Assembly (NCBI GenBank): GCA_023266115.1
Contig: JAHFRU010000007.1
Span: forward strand, 9,939-73,938
DNA: 64,000 bases
Origin: Gammaproteobacteria bacterium
Lineage (GTDB): Bacteria; Pseudomonadota; Gammaproteobacteria; VBWC01
Reading direction: 5' to 3'
Below, one piece after another: positions 18,090 through 25,656 of this stretch. The translations under genes were made by a program, and so were the position numbers. Under the pieces are notes generated by a model. It searched no databases, was not told the DNA's origin, and was given only the letters and a program-made list of their open reading frames with translations. Position 1 is the first letter of the stretch; the number at the start of each line of letters is the position of its first letter.

Positions 18090-19625
18090 TTACCCTCCGA
18101 CATTGTCGGTTACTCCCAAATCAGTGGCAATCGCCCGAAACTGCTCCAGCGCCGCTTCCAAATCCGCGACAATCTCCGCCGCGATAATATCCGGTGCGGG
18201 CAGGTTGTCGGAGTCCGACAGGCTCTCGTCCCTGAGCCAGAAGATATCCAGGCTCACCTTGTCGCGGGCGGCGATTTCGTCGTAGGTATAGGCGCGCCAT
18301 CGACCCTGCGCCGTCATTCCGGCCTCCGAGCCGGAATCCAGCCCCGAACGCCACGTTGCCTTTCGCTCGTGTCGATTGGCGGAGTTGTAGCACCTTACAA
18401 AGTCATCAAGATCTTCACGCTTCAACGGATCAGTCTTCAGTGTGAAGTGCATGTTGGTACGCAGATCGTATATCCAGAGCTTCTTCGTCCACGGGGTTTC
18501 GCTGGCGGGTTTCTTGTCGAAGAACAGCACGTTCGCCTTCACGCCCTGGGCGTAGAACAGGCCAGTGGGCAGGCGCAGCAGGGTGTGGACGTCGCATTCG
18601 TGCAATAACTTTCTGCGTATCGTTTCACCGGCGGCGCGGCCGTTTTGCTTGAGCAGGGTTTTAACGTGCTGGACGAAGTTGAGCTGTTTGTTCGAAGTGG
18701 TGGTCCAGAAGTCGCCGCGCTCGACGATGTCACGCTCTTTGCTGACTTTGCTTCTGACGTGCATGGATGCACTAATGTCGCGGGAGCCAGGGATGGCGGG
18801 AGCGACGTCGACGACAATCGTCGTGCTGCTCTTCTTGCCGAAGGGCGGATTGGTAAGTACGAGGTCGAAGCGGTCGCCGGGGTCGGCGGCCAGCGAGTCG
18901 GACACCACAATGGGCTCGAAGTCCTGGCTGCCGATACCGTGCAGCAGCATGTTCATGGCGCACAGCCGCGCCGTGGCCTGCACCAGCTCCCAGCCCTTGA
19001 AGGTTTCCTCCTTGAGCCTGGTCTTTTGCGGCTTGGTGAGGTTGGGATTTTGCTTCACCACATAGTCGTGCGCCGCGAGCAGAAAGCCGCCGGTGCCGCA
19101 GGCCGGGTCGCTCACGGTCTCGCCGGGCTTCGGGGCCATGACATCCACAATAGCCTGAATAAGTGGGCGCGGCGTGAAGTACTGGCCGGCGCCGGACTTG
19201 GTGTCCTGCGCGTTCTTTTCCAGCAGACCTTCGTAGGCATCGCCCTTCACGTCGGCGCTCATCGACACCCATTCTTCCTTGTCGATGAGATCGACCACCA
19301 GCCGCCGCAGCTTGGCCGGGTCCTGGAACTTGTTCTGCGACTTGTTGAAGATCAGCCCGAGCAAGCCCTTCCGGTTGCCCAGTGCCTCAAGCGTGTGGCG
19401 GTAGTGATCGAACAGCTCGTCGCCGTCTTTCTTGATGAGGCTCGGCCAATTGTATTTATCCAGCACCGGGCTCTTCTGGTTGTACGGCGCCCTGGTGCGC
19501 TCGTCGGCCATTTTGAGGAACAGCAGATAGGTGAGCTGTTCGACGTAGTCGCCATACGACATACCGTCGTCGCGCAGGACGTTGCAGTAGTTCCAGAGTT
19601 TTTGGACAATCGATGATGTGTTCAT
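18090..19625 (-). CDS. hsdM: Type I restriction-modification DNA methyltransferase subunit HsdM (with atypical internal features)
   Basis: 511 aa. HsdM N-domain MNTSSIVQKLWNYCNVLRDDGMSYGDYVEQLTYLLFLKMADE, AdoMet motif DPACGTGGFL, catalytic NPPFG. Carries an in-frame R1 repeat at 18311-18350. Confidence 0.9.
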   Translation of the reverse strand: MNTSSIVQKLWNYCNVLRDDGMSYGDYVEQLTYLLFLKMADERTRAPYNQKSPVLDKYNWPSLIKKDGDELFDHYRHTLEALGNRKGLLGLIFNKSQNKFQDPAKLRRLVVDLIDKEEWVSMSADVKGDAYEGLLEKNAQDTKSGAGQYFTPRPLIQAIVDVMAPKPGETVSDPACGTGGFLLAAHDYVVKQNPNLTKPQKTRLKEETFKGWELVQATARLCAMNMLLHGIGSQDFEPIVVSDSLAADPGDRFDLVLTNPPFGKKSSTTIVVDVAPAIPGSRDISASMHVRSKVSKERDIVERGDFWTTTSNKQLNFVQHVKTLLKQNGRAAGETIRRKLLHECDVHTLLRLPTGLFYAQGVKANVLFFDKKPASETPWTKKLWIYDLRTNMHFTLKTDPLKREDLDDFVRCYNSANRHERKATWRSGLDSGSEAGMTAQGRWRAYTYDEIAARDKVSLDIFWLRDESLSDSDNLPAPDIIAAEIVADLEAALEQFRAIATDLGVTDNVGG

Positions 19626-19631
19626 TGCGAA

Positions 19632-21095
19632 TCAGTGCACCGTTTTGACGAAGGCGCCAATGCGCCCGGGACAAGGCCAGCCATTCTTGCCCTTGTGTGG
19701 ATTGAGAGAACCATCATAAGACGAGCGCCTGAAAGTCTTGCCACATACCGTGCAGCGAAATACGTGCGTAGGCCCTTTGGAAGAGGATAATGGCCGCGTG
19801 GGTCTGTTATGTATAGTGAAGGGTTTCGCGATCCTCGGCCTACCCATTGACTGTCCCTCGATTGTCGGCGCCACCACAGGAGGCCCATCATCAGTTGGCT
19901 CGATGACGAAGCGAGGAATGAATGATCGACGTGTAGCCCTCGCGCCGGTGATTCGGTCAGCGCGATAGGCGCGCAATTCTCCTGTATCTACCTTGACCAC
20001 GTAGAACAGCAGGTTGCCCTCGCGGGTTCTCCACAACGTGTACGGCTCAACGGTGCGTGAACTTCTTCTGCCGCTCCCATCCCGATAATCGAGCTCCACA
20101 CACAGACGGTTCTCCGCCGCAAACCGAATCACCTCCAGCGGTGCCGAAACACCGAAACTACGCCAGGAAGTCGCCATGGCCGGCGGCCGCCACGAGATGT
20201 CGACCGGCTCCTCTTCTTCTTTGACGCGCATAACCGGAAGCTCGACTCGTGGCTTCTGCTCGAACAGCCAGGCAAAGACCTCCGGCAGCTCGCTCCAGAA
20301 GCTATCGAAGGGTGGTAGCTCAGGAAGTTGGTGGGCCAGCATCTGCTCCCATGCGGCGCGAAGCTCGCCCACGAGCGGCGACTCTCGAATCAACTGCAGC
20401 GTCGGAACCGGTATCGCTTTGAATTCGCACTTCTGCTGCAACGTCGAGAGAATTGCGGTGCGATCAGGCTCCAATTCTCGCCGGCGGTACAGGTCTACGA
20501 CATCATAGAGATCCCGCGGACGCAGTCTTTCAGCCAGCGCCCTGACCTTTTCCGCAAACACCTCTTCGAAGGAATAAGTAGTGACCACGATCCCGTCGGC
20601 AGGGCAATCGCTATAGGGGTGACGAACCTGCCTTCTGTCCGGGTCGAGCACGACACGTTCATCATCGGTCAGGTCAAGCTTGATGCGCGGTGCGTCACCC
20701 ACGCGTCCGAGCGGGCCCCGATAACCGATACGTCCTTCCGCCGATTTCCCGCCGCGAGGATTCGTGTACACATCCACCTTGCGCGTTTCCGGCGGCATGA
20801 CGAGCCCCGTCTGCTCGTAGACCCAGTCGGCGACTTCTTGAAAGAGTTTCCCAAGATACGCTTCGTCCAGATGTTTATGCTCAAGCAGCGTGAAGTCCAG
20901 ATCCTCGGAGAAGCGGTAGGTTTCGAAGAAACATTTCTTGAGACAGGTACCACCCTTGAAAAGCCATGAGTCGCGCGTGTCCGGGTGCTGACCAAAACCG
21001 GCCAGTAGCCAGCCCAGCGCATAATCCTTTTCAATGACATTTGACGCAAGACCGAAGTCTGCCGCCAGGTCGAGCATTTCCTGCCGCGGAATCAT
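19632..21095 (-). CDS. AbiEii/AbiGii-family nucleotidyltransferase toxin fused to a WYL domain and a C-terminal CxxC...H...C tail
   Basis: N-terminal NTase FKGGTCLKKCFFETYRFSEDLDF. WYL-like block LEVIRFAAENRLCVELDYRDGSGRRSSRTVEPYTLWRTREGNLLFYVV...LRAYRADRI. Tail FRCTVCGKTFRRSSYDGSLNPHKGKNGWPCPG. Its ATG at 21095 overlaps the abiEi stop (ATGA). Confidence 0.8.
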   Translation of the reverse strand: MIPRQEMLDLAADFGLASNVIEKDYALGWLLAGFGQHPDTRDSWLFKGGTCLKKCFFETYRFSEDLDFTLLEHKHLDEAYLGKLFQEVADWVYEQTGLVMPPETRKVDVYTNPRGGKSAEGRIGYRGPLGRVGDAPRIKLDLTDDERVVLDPDRRQVRHPYSDCPADGIVVTTYSFEEVFAEKVRALAERLRPRDLYDVVDLYRRRELEPDRTAILSTLQQKCEFKAIPVPTLQLIRESPLVGELRAAWEQMLAHQLPELPPFDSFWSELPEVFAWLFEQKPRVELPVMRVKEEEEPVDISWRPPAMATSWRSFGVSAPLEVIRFAAENRLCVELDYRDGSGRRSSRTVEPYTLWRTREGNLLFYVVKVDTGELRAYRADRITGARATRRSFIPRFVIEPTDDGPPVVAPTIEGQSMGRPRIAKPFTIHNRPTRPLSSSKGPTHVFRCTVCGKTFRRSSYDGSLNPHKGKNGWPCPGRIGAFVKTVH

Positions 21096-21925
21096 GGTGC
21101 TTGCCACCCCTCGGGCAGCCAAAGACGCCACGCCGTGACAAGTCGCTTGGCCGGCAGCGCCGGGTCCAGCTTGGCATTGCCTTTCGTGAGCGACCTGGCG
21201 CACTGCGCAATCGCCTCACGCTCGTCCGGTGCAAAGCGTTCCAGCAAATAGCCGAGCCGTTTGAACACGGCGCCTACGCCGAAGGTGTCCGCATAGGACA
21301 GGAGTTGTCCGACGTTTCGGTACTCCTTTGAGGCAAGATAGTTCTGCAGCATGTCAGCCGAAGACCGCAGCCCACCGCCGAGCGACGGATCTGACAGCAG
21401 ATCGATGATGGTTCGAGCAGGGTCGCTGACCTTCACCCGCGTTCGCCCACGCCAGATGGTCTTGAGCCCGAAGAACTCTTTTTCACTTACGGTGCGCAAA
21501 CGAAAAGCTATCCCCCCCATCTTCGGTTCACGGTTTCGAAAGCGGCGGGTTGTCGATACCTGCACTGTGCGAAAAACCTGCTCGGTCAGTCCCCAGTGCT
21601 CTGCGGCGCTCCAGCCGCTAATGAAGCAGGGAGCGAACGCCGCCTCGGCGATTACCCATGAATCTTCAGGGGACGGGTCTGCGCGCTCGCTTTCCAGGGA
21701 TACGGGGACGTAGATTCCCCGTCGCATCCGCTGTAACCAGCCTTGCGCGGCCCACCGCGAGAGCAGCTTCGCGGCATCGACTCGCGAAACCGATAAGACC
21801 TCCGCTGCCATCGCCGGGGTGACGGTACCGGTCGACTTGCGTAAGACTGCCGCTAGCTGCGCACGAGAGGCCTTTCCCAAGCCGGATAGGGACTGATCGG
21901 TATACTTTAGGCGCTTTTGTTCCAT
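21092..21925 (-). CDS. AbiEi-family type IV TA antitoxin (wHTH transcriptional regulator)
   Basis: 277 aa from the ATG at 21925. Typical AbiEi features are TPAMAAEVLSVSRVDAAKLLSRWAAQGWLQRMRRGIYVPV and GWSAAEHWGLTEQVF. The part of the ORF upstream of 21925 is hsdM-fragment and repeat sequence. Confidence 0.8.
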   Translation of the reverse strand: MEQKRLKYTDQSLSGLGKASRAQLAAVLRKSTGTVTPAMAAEVLSVSRVDAAKLLSRWAAQGWLQRMRRGIYVPVSLESERADPSPEDSWVIAEAAFAPCFISGWSAAEHWGLTEQVFRTVQVSTTRRFRNREPKMGGIAFRLRTVSEKEFFGLKTIWRGRTRVKVSDPARTIIDLLSDPSLGGGLRSSADMLQNYLASKEYRNVGQLLSYADTFGVGAVFKRLGYLLERFAPDEREAIAQCARSLTKGNAKLDPALPAKRLVTAWRLWLPEGWQAP

Positions 21926-21989
21926 TCCAGATGGAATTACAGCACTTCTAGTGTACTTTTTCAAGCCCTCTGGGCCCAACCGGCACGCC

Positions 21990-22325
21990 TTTGGAGATAA
22001 GGCTCGGCCAACTGTACATCGAAGGCACCGAGCTCTTTTGGTTATACGGCGCCTGCGACCGCCATGGATGGCGGAAGGTACGACTGCATGGATGCAGGAG
22101 GTACGAGTCCATGGATGGACGAGGTAGAGCGGCGTCTGGAACAGCCGCCGAGAGCAACGCATGGAGCAGTTGCCGAGGAGCGGCCTCGACATAATCGTCA
22201 TACGACATACCGTCGTGACCGGAGCGCAGCGCAGGAAATACTTGATGAACCCCAAAGGGGTTCTGAAGTGCGCGTAGGACGTTGCAGTAGTTCCAGAGTT
22301 TTTGGACGATAGTTGTAGTGTTCAT
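21990..22325 (-). pseudogene. 5' fragment of hsdM, disrupted by repeat insertions
   Basis: Encodes MNTTTIVQKLWNYCNVLR...DGMSYDDYVE...APYNQKS...WPSLI. These are the same blocks as the N-terminus of the full hsdM, interrupted by unrelated sequence and an R1-type repeat (22035-22160) and truncated at about 21990. Confidence 0.8.
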
Positions 22326-22367
22326 TCAATACTTCTCTTTGCTAGATTTGAACGTTCTTAGGTTCAG

Positions 22368-24263
22368 CTATGGTCCTTGCCACAGTTCACGCGCGAACTC
22401 AAATAGTTCTCGACTCCTTTGGTCAATAGAGCCCTCGTTCCATTCATGGGCGCGCATGAGTTTGCGATTAAGGTGGAGATTTGATTCTGCAAACAGAGCC
22501 TCTCGCTTACGATCAATCCCGTGATGTTGGAGACCTCTATTAACCCCATAGTGCAACAACGTGAGATTACCGATATTTACTTTTGCGTTTTCGCGTCGTT
22601 GGATTGCCGCGCTCCGGTCATTAGGTGCTGTTTCGAGAAACACATCCATCGCGGACTTCTCTAGCTCTTCTCTCGTTACGAAACTACCGTCTGTTAGCGG
22701 CCAATGCTCCAGCCAACTACTGGGCAGAATATGATCCACATCGAGCGCATCAAGAGCGAGAATAAGTGGCTCTTCTGTCCTCGCAGACCGCATCTTTCGT
22801 TCGAGCGATGCCAGTATTGATTTTGTGCGTGCTGCGTCAAGTCGTCCTGGGTACATTGCCGCCTCGAGCCATGACTTGCGAAACTCATCTTCGCGTGGCC
22901 ATCTGGACGCCGCTCCCTGCAATCCAGCCCGCGCTTTTCTCAACACCGCAGGCATCAGCTCTTCACCCGCGATATTCTTAAGCTGTTGGATAAATACCTT
23001 GTTGTAGTTCTTTGTCGTCAACCCACAGACTGCCCTGCGAACCAAGTAAGACTCAATGTCCGCGTACATAGCCGCCTGTTCAGTTTCGGTACATCCAGAC
23101 ATGGCCACTGCAAGCGCAAGAGGGTGCATTGTCGAGGCGTCCCAAGCTGCCACCTGCCGACCGAATCGTGCGATTGGCGTATCGCCCGTACCACTCACCA
23201 GTTGCCGATAGTGCTCCGAGTACTCATTCAGGATGCGCAATTGATCGCTTGCAGAAACTGTTGTCTTACGACCAACGGCAAATCGACGGTATCCGACGTA
23301 AAGTCGGCCGACGTCAACCTCTTCTCCCAACGCTGCCTGTAGCGCAGTTTGTATAAACCATTCAAGACGTGGCCGCTTGAGCCGACCACGACGCTGCTCT
23401 TCCGACCAGAATGTGCTTTCGAACGGGCTCCAGAGGGCATCATAGAGCTGGCCAGCGTCTGTGCCCTCTCGATCCGCGCGCATGAAAACGAAGTTACGTA
23501 TCAGATCGGTTGCATGTAGTTGCGCGCCGTGCCCATTGAGCGTTTCAAAGATAACTTGCGCATCATCGTCCTCACCCAGGGAGATCGTCACCATATTAAG
23601 GTCCTTTAATACGGCTTCGGTAATCGCAGTTGTACGCGCGATTCGCTCTGGGCCGTTCTCTTGGCCGATCCATTGCGTCATCTGTTCGTTGAAGTACCAA
23701 ATGGCCTCCAGCGCTGGCGGATGGTCGATACCAATTTTCCTGAGCCCACCGCCTTGGGTGAAGCTTTCCGGAAAGGTCTCGCGCAGTGAGGCCTTCTCGC
23801 GGGCCAGCATTGCTGCCTTATATGTAGATCGATCCCGAAATGTCGGCCACACCTTGAATACCTCTGTGTCCGGCTGTTCCATGGTTTCCGTATTTGGATT
23901 GGTAAGGCAGCCCTCAACTAGAAACAGCAGCGCCGCAGGGCCAGCGTCACGCAGAACGATCGCCAATGCCGCCAGCACATATTGAAGAGTCGTGAGGCGT
24001 TGTTGGCCATCGATTATGTGCAATGCCTCTACGCCCAATAGACCTCGACGTGGTTGGGGTTCTAGGACAGCGGCGCCTAAAAAGTGAGGGGCAGGCTGCG
24101 CGCCAGTTATTCTTCCCTCGGCTTTATCCTGAATATCTGCCCACAGCCGCTCCCACTGATCCTCCTTATTCCATACGTACGCACGCTGGTAAAATGGTAC
24201 ACGGTATTGCCGCCTATCTTGAAACAGCTGAAGCACTGCTATCGTTTCTGATTTCATGTACAT
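22368..24263 (-). CDS. DUF262/DUF1524 (GmrSD-like) type IV restriction-type nuclease
   Basis: 631 aa. N-terminal ParB-like DUF262 motifs FYQRAYVW and IIDGQQRLTTL. C-terminal His-Me/HNH-like DVDHILPSSW...NLTLLHYGVNRGLQHH. Confidence 0.85.
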   Translation of the reverse strand: MYMKSETIAVLQLFQDRRQYRVPFYQRAYVWNKEDQWERLWADIQDKAEGRITGAQPAPHFLGAAVLEPQPRRGLLGVEALHIIDGQQRLTTLQYVLAALAIVLRDAGPAALLFLVEGCLTNPNTETMEQPDTEVFKVWPTFRDRSTYKAAMLAREKASLRETFPESFTQGGGLRKIGIDHPPALEAIWYFNEQMTQWIGQENGPERIARTTAITEAVLKDLNMVTISLGEDDDAQVIFETLNGHGAQLHATDLIRNFVFMRADREGTDAGQLYDALWSPFESTFWSEEQRRGRLKRPRLEWFIQTALQAALGEEVDVGRLYVGYRRFAVGRKTTVSASDQLRILNEYSEHYRQLVSGTGDTPIARFGRQVAAWDASTMHPLALAVAMSGCTETEQAAMYADIESYLVRRAVCGLTTKNYNKVFIQQLKNIAGEELMPAVLRKARAGLQGAASRWPREDEFRKSWLEAAMYPGRLDAARTKSILASLERKMRSARTEEPLILALDALDVDHILPSSWLEHWPLTDGSFVTREELEKSAMDVFLETAPNDRSAAIQRRENAKVNIGNLTLLHYGVNRGLQHHGIDRKREALFAESNLHLNRKLMRAHEWNEGSIDQRSRELFEFARELWQGP

Positions 24264-24296
24264 CCCCTCATATAGGCGACAGACAACGGCTGTGCT

Positions 24297-25106
24297 TCAG
24301 GCAGAATGAATCTCTAGTAGCTCGACCAGCACGACTCTTACGAAATCGCGTACACGTAACACCTCGACCTTGTCCGTTGGCGTATGTGTTGAAACGCTTG
24401 AGCGCGTGTAAACACTTCTGACGAATGTCCCGAGTGACTCTTCGACTCCTTCGATAGCTGACTCAGCGGGTGCCGACACTGCCTTTGACGCGCCGCGACT
24501 TTTCAAGACGAAGCGAACCTTTTGTTTCATGGTAGGTCCGGTCGTATTTGGATCTTGTTTGTATCCCGGCATCTCAATTACATCTTCATCTGGGGCCAGG
24601 TAATCCAGTGTTTCCCTCAGCGCCTCTCGCAGATCAGTTGCTGGCCCACGCCATGACATCCTAGATGCGCTTTGGAGATCGGAGACCGCTTGCTGATACG
24701 AAAGAGCGGCTGATGGCACTATAGATTGGAGGGTCGCTACGATCTGCAAGTCTACCGACTCCAGCTTCTGTTTGTTGGCAGCAAGCGCAGAGGAGGACAC
24801 AACTTGGGCATCCATGGAAATAAGGCCTGACTTCGCGCCTGCAAGTAACTTTTGATAACTATTGGCACTACCACGCTTGTGACATAGACTCAACAACTCC
24901 TGCATATCCGAATCAACACGGCTAATGGCATCGCTCTGCTCTTGTTCACTTACGACGGACGGACGTACATCGTTAAAGTACCGTTCGACAAGCAGGCGCA
25001 ATCTATCTCGCTGTTTCTGAGAGTGGAGTTGTTGACCTTTTGCTTTGTTCAGCCCTCTTCGGGCATCCTCTACTTCCTGAATAAATGCTTGAAGATTTGT
25101 TGCCAT
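24297..25106 (-). CDS. Hypothetical protein X: N-terminal coiled region, C-terminal domain with HEPN-like R-x5-H motif
   Basis: 269 aa clean ORF, 5 bp downstream of gene Y. The C-terminal RSSVSTH is followed by a hydrophobic helix VLRVRDFVRVVLVELLEI. I can assign no family with confidence. Confidence 0.6.
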   Translation of the reverse strand: MATNLQAFIQEVEDARRGLNKAKGQQLHSQKQRDRLRLLVERYFNDVRPSVVSEQEQSDAISRVDSDMQELLSLCHKRGSANSYQKLLAGAKSGLISMDAQVVSSSALAANKQKLESVDLQIVATLQSIVPSAALSYQQAVSDLQSASRMSWRGPATDLREALRETLDYLAPDEDVIEMPGYKQDPNTTGPTMKQKVRFVLKSRGASKAVSAPAESAIEGVEESLGTFVRSVYTRSSVSTHTPTDKVEVLRVRDFVRVVLVELLEIHSA

Positions 25107-25111
25107 GGGCT

Positions 25112-25636
25112 TCAGGAGGATTTCTTAGCGGGCAGGCCATGGGCAACCAAGTTGTAACCGACTGCATTGAGTTTGTACTCTCCTCTTGCAGCCGTCTCGA
25201 AATACCCCGACTTCTTGGCATCCACCAATACTTGCGCCACTATCTTTGGGAGTTTGAAGTTTGCCTGCTTGAAATACTTTTCTATGTCCTGCGCAGAGAC
25301 AGTCTTCTTTCGCTCGCTTTCTGGAGCCAACTCCTGCAAGTAGTAGGCAACGATACACGCCATCTGCTTTGCTGAATCCGGATTCTTTTCCTCTTTGAGC
25401 GACCGTATATCGACTTTTTTTCCGTGGTGCTGCTGGGGCTGGTGATGTACTCCTGCCTCTGCCTGAACTGCCGGATACGCAGCACTACCCTGACCTTGCA
25501 TCTGCGGAGACAACTTCACGTTGAGATGCGCACAAGCAGCTGCAACAGCGGTGTTCCTGGCTTCCTGATCAAGTCCTTCTAGTGCAGAAATGATCGTGTC
25601 AATTGCTTGACCAAGCGTGGGTTTCGTATCCGACAT
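25112..25636 (-). CDS. Hypothetical protein Y: helical N-terminus, Q/H-rich linker, C-terminal winged-helix-like domain
   Basis: The ATG at 25636 is preceded by AAGGAG with a 7-nt spacer. The TTG start in the ORF track (25660) is less likely. It lies 20 bp downstream of the hsdS stop. AT-rich codon usage. Confidence 0.6.
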   Translation of the reverse strand: MSDTKPTLGQAIDTIISALEGLDQEARNTAVAAACAHLNVKLSPQMQGQGSAAYPAVQAEAGVHHQPQQHHGKKVDIRSLKEEKNPDSAKQMACIVAYYLQELAPESERKKTVSAQDIEKYFKQANFKLPKIVAQVLVDAKKSGYFETAARGEYKLNAVGYNLVAHGLPAKKSS

Positions 25637-25656
25637 GCGTTTCTCCTTTTTCCCGT

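Noticed and set aside
21948-22325. 125-aa ORF that could be called a small gene.
   Set aside because: It is a chimera of hsdM N-terminal coding blocks interrupted by repeat sequence. I treat it as a pseudogene fragment.
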